A stretch of DNA of 64,000 nucleotides from Flavobacteriales bacterium (GTDB lineage: Bacteria; Bacteroidota; Bacteroidia; NS11-12g; UBA955), in NCBI GenBank assembly GCA_024643755.1, contig JAHEMG010000002.1, positions 5,834 to 69,833 on the forward strand, in the 5' to 3' direction. This document shows, piece by piece, positions 9,180-18,131 of the stretch. The translations under genes were made by a program, and so were the position numbers. Below the pieces are notes generated by a model, which was given only the letters and a program-made list of their open reading frames with translations, made no database searches and was not told where the DNA came from. How positions within the stretch are numbered: position 1 is the stretch's first letter; each line of letters starts with the position of its first letter.

Positions 9180-9187
9180 TATCTTTG
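9180..9187 (+). promoter_or_regulatory. -7 box TATCTTTG
   Basis: Exact TAnnTTTG match. It lies only 2 nt before the track start (9190), so I moved that CDS start to the ATG at 9235. Confidence 0.5.
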
Positions 9188-9234
9188 CAGTGTTGAATAA
9201 ATCACTAAAATATTACTTGAACGGGCTGAAATAC

Positions 9235-9537
9235 ATGATTTTCTCCCTGTTTTTGGTGGTTTTTATCTCCAATTTGTCATCGAACACCTTCACAAAAAGT
9301 CTGGAAAAATCAGGTTTTGTCTGTGAATGGGACGTTGATGCGGATGAGCTGGTCGAAAAAGATGTTGATTTCACCTTTAGCGCTCAAGATTGCTCCTTCC
9401 ATGCTTCTTTGCTGAAAACCGAAACGTTTTCACAGGAACTGTCGGTCTGCGAAGGCTTCGACATTACCAATAGTTTTAGCTTGCATCTCTTCCGCAAGCG
9501 ATGTGTCTCCCTGCAAACACTCAAGCTTTTTTGTTGA
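9235..9537 (+). CDS. small Cys-containing membrane/secreted hypothetical protein
   Basis: 100-aa ORF from the internal Met. It has a hydrophobic N-terminus (MIFSLFLVVFISNL) and five Cys. I recognise no family, so coding status is uncertain. Confidence 0.35.
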   Translation: MIFSLFLVVFISNLSSNTFTKSLEKSGFVCEWDVDADELVEKDVDFTFSAQDCSFHASLLKTETFSQELSVCEGFDITNSFSLHLFRKRCVSLQTLKLFC

Positions 9538-9621
9538 GCTGATGATTTTTGGGATTTTTATTTCCCAAGGTTCATCAAAATTTCTATTAAATAGAGATAC
9601 GTTCAATCAAAAAAAGTAAAC

Positions 9622-10968
9622 ATGAAACCAAAAATAACCATGGGGTTGTTGCTGTTGATCTGCAACGCAGTGCTCGCGCAAACAACCTCCACAGTGCCTC
9701 TGGCAGCTGTGAATCATAAGCCACAATGGGAATTTCATGCACTGAACCAAGTTTGGTTGAGGTACAATGAAAGTAACCCAGGCACCACCGTTTTGGGTGA
9801 GCCGCAATCGCACACAACCGATATTGGATTGCGAAGAACCCGATTTCAAGCCTATGGCGAAGTTGCGCCAAAGGTGTTTCTATATTTTCAAGTAGGTCAG
9901 AACAATTTTAATCGCATGACCAACTTGAACGGCAATCGAAAGAATACATTTTTCATCCACGATGCATTGTGCGAATACAGCGTATTGGGCGACCGTTTGA
10001 AATTGGGGGGCGGATTAACCATCGCCAACGGATTGAGCAGATTTTCCCAGCCCAGTATCGCCACAATTTTGGCCCTAGATGTACCTGTGTTCGCGCAAAC
10101 TACCGTAGATCAAACAGATCAATTTAGCCGAAAATTGAGTGTGGTGGCGAGGGGACAAATACATCGGTGGGACTATCGATTTGTTTTGTCTGATCCTTTT
10201 CCCGTGCAATCGAATGGGGTGGTGCCGCCGGCGATCGGACCCAATGCCACTTTCGCTTTGAAAACACATCGCATGCAGCAACAGGTGATGATTGGCTACA
10301 ATTTCTTCGATCAAGAGCCCCTGAAAACGCCCTACATGGCAGGTACGTATTTGGGTAAAAAGAAAGTGTTGAATGTGTCGCTTGGCGCCATATACCAAGG
10401 CAACGCAACTTGGTATTTGTCTAGTGGAAACAATGGGTTAGATACCCAATATGCTGCCATGAAATCTGCTTGTATGGAAGTGTTTTACGACGCCCCCTTG
10501 AACCGACAAAAGGGCAGTGCACTGCACCTGTATCTCGGTCTGTTTTCAACCAATTATGGGAAGAATTACCTGAGGTTCAACGGAATCATGAATCCTGCAG
10601 ATGGACTTCCGGTGGCCGGACTTGCCAAAGATGCAGGTTCGCAGTATGGCAATGCTTATCCGATGTTTGGAACCGGAAAAGTGGCCTACCTTCAACAAGC
10701 CTATCTGCTGCCACAGAATTTTTTGGGCGAAGTATCACAGCACGGTCAATTGCAGGTATATGCCACAGAGTGTCTCACACAATATCAGCGATTCAATGAT
10801 CAAACACACACGAATTGGAGTTTTGGACTCAATTGGTTGATGCCTGGCAATCAATCCAAACTCACCATGGACCTCTCCAATCGCCCCGCGATTCAGTTAT
10901 TTCAATCGGATTTGTATACCGTTACGCGCAAATCCACTTTCACCATTCAGTATCAAATAAATATCTAA
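9622..10968 (+). CDS. outer-membrane beta-barrel, OprO/OprP-like anion porin candidate
   Basis: 448 aa with signal peptide MKPKITMGLLLLICNAVLAQ. It shows an alternating beta-strand pattern, an IGLRRTRFQAYG motif resembling the RRxRL motif of Porin_O_P proteins, and a C-terminal aromatic-rich strand (FTIQYQINI). Confidence 0.55.
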   Translation: MKPKITMGLLLLICNAVLAQTTSTVPLAAVNHKPQWEFHALNQVWLRYNESNPGTTVLGEPQSHTTDIGLRRTRFQAYGEVAPKVFLYFQVGQNNFNRMTNLNGNRKNTFFIHDALCEYSVLGDRLKLGGGLTIANGLSRFSQPSIATILALDVPVFAQTTVDQTDQFSRKLSVVARGQIHRWDYRFVLSDPFPVQSNGVVPPAIGPNATFALKTHRMQQQVMIGYNFFDQEPLKTPYMAGTYLGKKKVLNVSLGAIYQGNATWYLSSGNNGLDTQYAAMKSACMEVFYDAPLNRQKGSALHLYLGLFSTNYGKNYLRFNGIMNPADGLPVAGLAKDAGSQYGNAYPMFGTGKVAYLQQAYLLPQNFLGEVSQHGQLQVYATECLTQYQRFNDQTHTNWSFGLNWLMPGNQSKLTMDLSNRPAIQLFQSDLYTVTRKSTFTIQYQINI

Positions 10969-10969
10969 A

Positions 10970-12589
10970 ATGAACAAAAAAACAACATTGCCGAAGGATG
11001 GTATCCAAGGGCTAAAAGAAAATATCGTAGCAGATTCACTATCAGGTTTCCTGGTTTTTTTACTCGCGTTGCCATTGAGTTTGGGCATCGCAAAAGCAAG
11101 TGATTTTCCGCCAATTATGGGATTGATGACCGCCATGGTAGGTGGTTTGGTTGTCTCATTCTTTGCCGGATCTCGTCTTACGATCAAAGGTCCTGCCGCC
11201 GGATTGATTGTAATTGTGGCGGGCAGTGTGGCTGAATTTGGACAAGGCGATTCAATACTTGGTTGGCATTTGGCCTTGGGTGCCTTGCTGGTTGCCGGCT
11301 TGCTGCAAGTACTTTTTGGTATGATCAGAATGGGTTCGCTGGTCGATTTCTTTCCGTTGAGCGCCGTTCACGGGATGTTGGCTGCCATTGGCGTGATAAT
11401 CATGTCGAAACAAGTACACGTACTATTGGGCATTAATCCAGTGAATGAACTGGGTAAGCCCATTGTAGAGCCGATGGAGCTGATAGCAGAAATCCCACAT
11501 ACCTTAATGCACATCGATCCCAAAGTAGCCGTGGTTGGATTGTTGAGTTTGCTGATTGTGTTTCTTTGGCCACGCATCAAACAACCCTTGTTGAAGAAAA
11601 TTCCCGCGCCTTTGGTGGTGCTCACGATGGCCATACCATTGGCGAAATTGTTGGGATTGGGCAAAGGACACCTGATACACTTTGATCAAGATTTCATTCA
11701 CACATTGGCCTGGAACGAGCGATTCGATGGATTTCAACAAACCGGGATTTTCATCAAGTATGTAATCATGTTTGCCCTGGTGGGTAGTTTGGAGAGCTTG
11801 TTGACCGTGAAAGCAGTAGATATGCTCGATCCTTATCACAGAAAGAGCAATGCCAACAAAGATTTGGTGGCTGTGGGTATTGGAAACGTGGTGGCTTCAT
11901 TGCTCGGTGGATTACCCATGATTTCGGAGGTGGCTCGTAGTAGCGCCAACGTGAGCAATGGTGCAAAAACCCGATGGGCGAATTTCTTTCACGGTGTTTT
12001 CATTTTGATTTTCTTGATGCTGGATTTACAGTTTTCTGATTTGATTCCCTTCTCTGCTTTAGCTGCTATGCTTATTGGGGTGGGCTTCAAATTAGCCAGT
12101 CCGAAAGAATTTGGACGTATGGCCAAAATCGGTCCGGAGCAATTGGTTGTATTCTGTGTAACGATTGTGGTAACACTGATGACCGATTTGTTGGTAGGTA
12201 TTGGTGTAGGTATTTTGGTGAAGTTGGTTACCCAGTTTATTCTCGGTGTTCCATTGAAATCTACATTCAAGGCACGCACCCAAACCCAAGATCAAACGAT
12301 TGTTGTTACCGGCGCTGCGGTTTTTTCGAATTGGTTGGGGATCAAAAAGCACATCGACAAACATGCAACATCCTCAAATTTGAAGTTGGATTTAACGCAG
12401 TGCAACGTAGTTGACCATACGGTGATGGATAACCTCATTCACTTGAGCAACGATTTTGATAATGCCGGCGGTAAATTGGATTTGGTGGGTTTGGATTTGC
12501 TGATTCCGACGTCTAAGTCAAACCACGCTTTATCGACACGTATGCGCGAAAAAAGCAATCGTTTGGATCATTTGGGTAATACAAAATAG
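10970..12589 (+). CDS. SulP-family anion transporter with C-terminal STAS domain
   Basis: 539 aa with FLLALPLSLGIAKASDFPPIMGL...GPAAGLIVIV and SEVARSSANVSNGAKT motifs and a C-terminal STAS-like domain. It is a clear paralog of the ORF at 39137. Confidence 0.9.
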   Translation: MNKKTTLPKDGIQGLKENIVADSLSGFLVFLLALPLSLGIAKASDFPPIMGLMTAMVGGLVVSFFAGSRLTIKGPAAGLIVIVAGSVAEFGQGDSILGWHLALGALLVAGLLQVLFGMIRMGSLVDFFPLSAVHGMLAAIGVIIMSKQVHVLLGINPVNELGKPIVEPMELIAEIPHTLMHIDPKVAVVGLLSLLIVFLWPRIKQPLLKKIPAPLVVLTMAIPLAKLLGLGKGHLIHFDQDFIHTLAWNERFDGFQQTGIFIKYVIMFALVGSLESLLTVKAVDMLDPYHRKSNANKDLVAVGIGNVVASLLGGLPMISEVARSSANVSNGAKTRWANFFHGVFILIFLMLDLQFSDLIPFSALAAMLIGVGFKLASPKEFGRMAKIGPEQLVVFCVTIVVTLMTDLLVGIGVGILVKLVTQFILGVPLKSTFKARTQTQDQTIVVTGAAVFSNWLGIKKHIDKHATSSNLKLDLTQCNVVDHTVMDNLIHLSNDFDNAGGKLDLVGLDLLIPTSKSNHALSTRMREKSNRLDHLGNTK

Positions 12590-12595
12590 GGTGTC

Positions 12596-15106
12596 ATGAA
12601 ACATGTAAATGTTGATTCTTCCATTGCCAAAACGTTGGAGGAGATTAGGCATTTTTTACCTGCACAAGCGCCTCTGAAGGATTTTGTTCATCACAATACA
12701 CTGCATGCGTTTCAAAACAAACCCTTCTTCGAGGGTTTGTCAGAAGCGCAGGAACGTTTTGGATACAAAACTTTACTGTCGCTCCGCGAATTTCAGGAGA
12801 AATTTCACCGTGGTGAAATTTCTCCTGAAGCGCTAGAACAGGTCATCGCCAAAGAAAAACCCGAGGGTGAACGTACTCAATGGTTGGAGAAAATGATGCA
12901 CCCCCGACCATTTGTTCCCAGCGAACCCCAAATTGGGCGGTTGAGAAGGGTATGGATGAAAGATGTGCATATCGACCTCGACTCAATGGTACATCCCAGC
13001 TTGTTTCGGGTTTTGTGTTCTTACCTCGATCAAGGGATCGCCATTTGGCAGTTTCCGGAGAAAAACATGGGCTTCCTAGACGCCATTCGCAGCATCGAGG
13101 AAAACAGCTTTTCGAGTTTTTTCACGACCGTAGAAGCCAAAAATTGGTTGTTTCGAAAAACCAGTACGCTGGAAGACTTGTTGCACCGAATTGTAGGCGA
13201 TGAGTCACTATTTCATGATTATCTCACCGATCAGCAGTTTGCCCACCAAGGATGGTCAGGTATTGTAGCCAATATTGAAGATAATCCACTGGGTCTGCTC
13301 GATACGCGTAAGATTAGCCTGCATGACATCGTGTATTTTGAGCTTCTGTTAGAATTGGATGTGCTTTGCATGAAGTTGGGCGTTGATTTCAAACCCTTAT
13401 CACATCACAAAAACGCCATTGGCATAAACGGGAAATTCCAACCCAGCAGTCCTTTGGAATTTGAATTGCGCATTTTGTGGCAAAAAGCGTTCGAGATAAT
13501 GCATTACCAGTCAGTTTTGGCCGGTATCAACCAGGTCAAACAGCACATGACTGGCCACGTTGAACACGACAATCAATCCGAAAAGCCCAGTTATCAGGCG
13601 GTTTTTTGTATCGACGATCGTGAATGTAGCTTGCGTAGACACCTAGAAATGCAATTGCCCAGTTGCGATACCTTTGGTACGCCAGGATTTTTTGGTGTTG
13701 CTACCTACTATCAGCCAGAGGGCAGTTTGTTTAAAACCAAACTTTGTCCCGCACCCGTAACCCCAAAACACTTGGTAAAAGCCTCGGGCGTGAAGGATAA
13801 GCGAAAAACGGATGCCCATTTCCATCGACAAACCCATACCTTATTGCCCGGTTTTTTAATCGCTCAAACCCTGGGGATGTGGTCGGCCATCAAATTGTTT
13901 TTTCAAATTTTTAAGCCCACAATGAGTCCGGCAACCTCAACATCGCTCCAGCACATGCACAAGCACAGTGTGCTTACCGTTGCCCATGAAGGAAAGTTTG
14001 AGGATGGGTTACAGGTAGGTTTTACACTTCCCGAAATGGTTGGAATTGTGAAATCTACGTTGCAAAGTATGGGGCTTACTCAGCATTTTTCTTCGTTGAT
14101 TTACATCGTTGGACATGGAAGCAGTAGCGTGAACAATCCGCATTTTTCTGCCTACGATTGTGGTGCTTGTTGCGGTCGTCCCGGCTCAGTAAATGCGCGG
14201 TTGTTTTGTGCGATGGCAAACAATCCTGAAGTGCGCAAGCAGTTGGCAATTGATGGATTAACGATCCCTGAATCAACTGTTTTTGTGGGTGCACTGCACG
14301 ATACTTCCCGCGATGAAATTGTTTATTACGAACAAGATCATTTGCCATCAAGTCACCAAGAATTGCATATTCATTTCGATAAGTCGATGGACATTGCATT
14401 AAAAAACAATGCGTTGGAGCGCAGTCGCAGGTTTGTTCTTATTCCCAAAAAACAACCGAAAACAAGCATCTTGCAGCAGGTGAAATTGCGCAGTGTTTCA
14501 TTGTTTGAGCCAAGACCAGAATTGAATCATGCTACCAATTCTTTATGCATCATTGGTTCGAGGAAATTGACCAAGGGGTTGTTTTTGGATCGACGGTCGT
14601 TCTTGAATTCGTACAATGCGGCTTCCGATTCAACGGGTGATATTTTGTACGGAATTATCAAAGCCGCAGCACCTGTATGTGGTGGAATCAACTTGGAATA
14701 TTTCTTTTCGCGGGTTGATAATCAGAAGTTGGGTGCCGGTTCAAAGTTGCCACACAATGTGATGGGGTTGGTGGGCGTTGCCAACGGCATCGATGGTGAT
14801 TTACGTCCCGGATTGCCTAGCCAAATGATTGAAGTACATGATCCTTTGAGATTGTTGATGATTGTGGAGCAAACACCCGCAATCATCGAGCAAGTCATAC
14901 ACCGTGATGCCGCAACCTATGAATGGTTTAAAAATGAATGGATTAACTTGGTGAGTTGCTGTCCGATTTCCGGTAAGTATTATGAATTTACGGCCGGTGA
15001 GTTTGTGGAACTATCGCTTCAGTCTGAATCCTTCGCCCAGAAACCTTTTGAGCCCCTCATGTTTGTTGAAGAAACAGACAATCTGCCCATCCAAATGATA
15101 CACTAA
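12596..15106 (+). CDS. dabA: DUF2309/UPF0753 protein, DabA subunit of DAB inorganic-carbon pump
   Basis: 836 aa with the N-terminal PLKDFVHHNTLH motif. The Zn-ligand pattern is FCIDDRE (C338, D340) and GHGSSSVNNPHFSAYDCGACCG (H507, C522). A NuoL-like gene follows immediately. Confidence 0.85.
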   Translation: MKHVNVDSSIAKTLEEIRHFLPAQAPLKDFVHHNTLHAFQNKPFFEGLSEAQERFGYKTLLSLREFQEKFHRGEISPEALEQVIAKEKPEGERTQWLEKMMHPRPFVPSEPQIGRLRRVWMKDVHIDLDSMVHPSLFRVLCSYLDQGIAIWQFPEKNMGFLDAIRSIEENSFSSFFTTVEAKNWLFRKTSTLEDLLHRIVGDESLFHDYLTDQQFAHQGWSGIVANIEDNPLGLLDTRKISLHDIVYFELLLELDVLCMKLGVDFKPLSHHKNAIGINGKFQPSSPLEFELRILWQKAFEIMHYQSVLAGINQVKQHMTGHVEHDNQSEKPSYQAVFCIDDRECSLRRHLEMQLPSCDTFGTPGFFGVATYYQPEGSLFKTKLCPAPVTPKHLVKASGVKDKRKTDAHFHRQTHTLLPGFLIAQTLGMWSAIKLFFQIFKPTMSPATSTSLQHMHKHSVLTVAHEGKFEDGLQVGFTLPEMVGIVKSTLQSMGLTQHFSSLIYIVGHGSSSVNNPHFSAYDCGACCGRPGSVNARLFCAMANNPEVRKQLAIDGLTIPESTVFVGALHDTSRDEIVYYEQDHLPSSHQELHIHFDKSMDIALKNNALERSRRFVLIPKKQPKTSILQQVKLRSVSLFEPRPELNHATNSLCIIGSRKLTKGLFLDRRSFLNSYNAASDSTGDILYGIIKAAAPVCGGINLEYFFSRVDNQKLGAGSKLPHNVMGLVGVANGIDGDLRPGLPSQMIEVHDPLRLLMIVEQTPAIIEQVIHRDAATYEWFKNEWINLVSCCPISGKYYEFTAGEFVELSLQSESFAQKPFEPLMFVEETDNLPIQMIH

Positions 15107-15107
15107 C

Positions 15108-16976
15108 ATGGAATTGTTACTTCACACGATTTTATTGATTCCCGTTTTGGGTTTTTTGGGGAGTTTGCTGATCCCAGAAATAAAAGAGAACGCAATTTCT
15201 AGGTGGACCTTTGGGTTGGTAGGATTGAATTTGTTGTTGCTCATGGCCTTTGTTGTCCTATGGGTTTGGCAGGGCGCGGTGAATATCGATATCAAAGATT
15301 GGGTGCTCTATCAATCCACGGGGTACGTATTTTTTATCGATTTCTTTTTTGATCATGTTACAGCCACCTTCGGCTTAGTAGGGGGGATGTTGACATTTTT
15401 AATTACTGTTTATTCGCGATACTATTTGCACCGCGAAACCGGCTACAAGCGATTCTTTAATACCGTTTGGTTCTTTTATTTGGGCTATAATTTGGTGGTG
15501 TTTTCAGGGAACCTTGAAACCCTATTCGTGGGTTGGGAAATTCTGGGTATTTCGTCGTTTTTGCTGATTTCATTTTATCGCGATCGCTACCTGCCCGTGA
15601 AAAATGCGGTGCGTGTATTCTCGATTTATCGGATTGGCGATGTAGGACTCATCATGGCGATGTGGTTAATGCATCACCTTTGGCATGAAAACATCACGTT
15701 CTCTCGATTGCTTGATCAAAGCTTGGTTCATGAGCACATCACAAGTCACTCGTTGGTAGGGATTGCCATTGCGCTGTTGATTTTGCTGTCGGCGTATGCC
15801 AAATCGGCCCAATTTCCATTCTCGTCTTGGTTGCCTAGGGCGATGGAAGGACCTACACCATCGTCGGCCATTTTTTATGGTTCATTGAGTGTGCATTTGG
15901 GAGTGTTTTTGATGCTCAGAACCTATCCATTTTTGGAATTTCAATTGACTGCGCGGGTGATTATGGGCGTTTTGGGTGTAATTACTGCATTCATCGCAAC
16001 CAACATCGCCAGGGTGCAATCATCGGTTAAAAGTCAGATCGCCTATGCATCAATCGCTCAAATTGGTTTGATATTCACGGAGATCTCCTTGGGTTGGCTC
16101 AATCTTGCATTGTTCCATTTTACAGGGAATGCGTTTTTGCGCACCTATCAATTGTTGGTTTCGCCATCGGTTGTTAGTTATTTGATCAGAGAGCAATTGT
16201 ATCAGTTCAAACAGCAGCCGCATTCGCGAATTCATTGGTTACCAAAAGCTTGGATGAATTCGCTTTACATCCTTAGCGTAAAGGAATTCAACTTAGAAAA
16301 ACTCAACTTTTATCTTTTCTGGTCGCCGATGAAAAGGGCTGGACGTGCATTGAGGTTCCTGAAAGCAAAACACATTACTCTGTTTTTTGTACCCGTAGCA
16401 TTGATTGCCTTTGTAGATTTAATCATGCAGAACTTATCAGGGTCCAATATGCCTTCAGTGCTTTCGTTGCCCTTGGCGATGATGGGATTGGCGATGGTTT
16501 TGCGTTCATTTGCCGAGAAAAAAGATGTATTCCTGTCGTGGTGGTTGGTGATGTTGAATCACGTCTTTATCGCCATTGCGGTTGCCTTTAATGAGCATTT
16601 TACCCTAGAACATGTGTTTTTGTACTTGTCGGGCGTGGTTGTGTTTGCGGCGGTTGGACATCTGATCTTGGGAAAGGTTGAGAAGGCAGAAGGTGGGATT
16701 CACTTGAAGTACTTCCAGGGGATAGTACATAACAAGCAACGATGGGCTTTGATGTTTTTGATTGCGGGTTTGGGATTGACTGGATTTCCGATATCACCTT
16801 CATTTGTGGGAGAAGATTTGATATTTAGCCATATTCATGAAAATCAATGGTTATTGGCTGTGTTGGTTGCCTTGAGTTACATTGTGGATGGATTGGCGGT
16901 AATTCGAATATACTCTCGCTTGTTTTTGGGGCCGTATGGCAAAACCCACAAGGAAATCGCCTATCGCTCATCCTAG
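15108..16976 (+). CDS. dabB: NuoL/MnhA-like proton-conducting membrane subunit, DabB
   Basis: 622 aa and polytopic. WEILGISSFLLISF and AKSAQFPFSSWLPRAMEGPTPSSA are the PF00361-type signature. There is a 1-nt gap after dabA. Confidence 0.85.
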   Translation: MELLLHTILLIPVLGFLGSLLIPEIKENAISRWTFGLVGLNLLLLMAFVVLWVWQGAVNIDIKDWVLYQSTGYVFFIDFFFDHVTATFGLVGGMLTFLITVYSRYYLHRETGYKRFFNTVWFFYLGYNLVVFSGNLETLFVGWEILGISSFLLISFYRDRYLPVKNAVRVFSIYRIGDVGLIMAMWLMHHLWHENITFSRLLDQSLVHEHITSHSLVGIAIALLILLSAYAKSAQFPFSSWLPRAMEGPTPSSAIFYGSLSVHLGVFLMLRTYPFLEFQLTARVIMGVLGVITAFIATNIARVQSSVKSQIAYASIAQIGLIFTEISLGWLNLALFHFTGNAFLRTYQLLVSPSVVSYLIREQLYQFKQQPHSRIHWLPKAWMNSLYILSVKEFNLEKLNFYLFWSPMKRAGRALRFLKAKHITLFFVPVALIAFVDLIMQNLSGSNMPSVLSLPLAMMGLAMVLRSFAEKKDVFLSWWLVMLNHVFIAIAVAFNEHFTLEHVFLYLSGVVVFAAVGHLILGKVEKAEGGIHLKYFQGIVHNKQRWALMFLIAGLGLTGFPISPSFVGEDLIFSHIHENQWLLAVLVALSYIVDGLAVIRIYSRLFLGPYGKTHKEIAYRSS

Positions 16977-16998
16977 CAGGTTTCCGCACCAATTGACC

Positions 16999-17006
16999 TA
17001 TCTTTG
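16999..17006 (+). promoter_or_regulatory. -7 box TATCTTTG upstream of prfB
   Basis: Exact TAnnTTTG match 5 nt before the GTG at 17012, which implies a leaderless or near-leaderless prfB mRNA. Alternatively this is a chance match, with read-through from dabB 35 nt upstream. Confidence 0.4.
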
Positions 17007-17011
17007 CACTT

Positions 17012-18110
17012 GTGAATACAGAGCAATTTAAAGATTTAAGAGGCCGTGTAGAGGCTTTGAGGAGGTATCTTTGACGTCGATCGCAAACTTGCGGAAATCG
17101 CCGACGAAGAAGAACAAACCCTAGATCCCAAGTTTTGGGACGAGCCCAAAAAGGCAGAATTGCACCTGAAAAAAATCAAAGACAAAAAGATCTGGACAGA
17201 TGCTTTTGGTTTGATTACCAATAGCATTGGTGACCTGGAAGTGTTGATTGAGTTTCAAGAAGTGGGAGAGGCAACCTCCGATGAGGTGCACGCCCATTAC
17301 CTGCAGTTGATGCAATTGGTGGAAGACTTGGAATTCAAAAACATGCTCCAAAGTGAAGAAGATCACCTAGGATGCGTGGTGGAAATCAACGCTGGTGCCG
17401 GTGGTACGGAAAGCTGTGATTGGGCCCAAATGTTGATGCGCATGTATTTGATGTGGGCTGAGAAGAATGGGTTTTCAATTACGGAGTTAGACAGACAAGA
17501 TGGTGATGTCGCCGGTGTGAAGAGTGTTTCACTGGAAATCAAAGGGGACTTTGCTTTCGGTTACTTGAAAGGAGAAAACGGAGTGCATCGCATGGTGCGT
17601 ATTTCGCCTTTTGATTCAAATGCTCGCCGACATACATCCTTTGTGAGTGTATACGTCTATCCCTTGGTCGATGATACCATCGAAATTGAAATCAAGCCAC
17701 AAGACGTTGAATTACATACCAGTAGATCGGGTGGTGCAGGTGGACAGAACGTAAACAAAGTAGAAACGAAGGTGCAGTTAACCCACATTCCTACCGGTAT
17801 CGTTGTGGTTTGTCAGGTCGATAGAAGTCAGCTAGGAAACCGCGAACGGGCGATGCAAATGCTAAAATCTCGTTTGTACGAACTAGAACTTGCCAAACGA
17901 AACGCCGCGCGCGCCGAGATTGAAGATGGTAAAATGAAAATCGAGTGGGGTTCTCAGATTCGTAACTATGTGTTTCACCCCTATAAATTGGTGAAAGATG
18001 TGAGAACGGGCGAAGAAACCAGCAACGTGGGGAACGTGATGGACGGCGATATTTGGCCATTCATCAAGAGTTACTTACTTGCAGCCAGCGGGGGCGAATT
18101 GAAGAAATAA
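17012..18110 (+). CDS. prfB: peptide chain release factor 2, expressed through a programmed +1 frameshift
   Basis: Frame 0 runs GTG 17012 ... CTT 17069-17071, then an in-frame TGA at 17072-17074 ([20 protein letters not shown]). The +1 frame continues from GAC 17073 ([25 protein letters not shown]...) into the 316-aa track ORF. SPF (VRISPFDS) and GGQ ([11 protein letters not shown]) motifs are present. Confidence 0.92.
17060..17075 (+). promoter_or_regulatory. RF2 +1 frameshift cassette AGGAGG-TAT-CTT-TGA-C
   Basis: An SD-like AGGAGG sits 3 nt upstream of the slippery CTT followed by TGA C, with the same architecture as the E. coli prfB site (AGGGGG TAT CTT TGA C). Confidence 0.9.
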
Positions 18111-18131
18111 TAAATCCCTCGCCCGAGGTGG

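Noticed and set aside
9542-9619. 25-codon ORF (MIFGIFISQGSSKFLLNRDTFNQKK) exactly filling the gap before the porin gene
   Set aside because: It might be a leader peptide, but its AT-rich composition makes short ORFs likely by chance. It has no coupling overlap and no recognisable motif, so I kept it as a note only.
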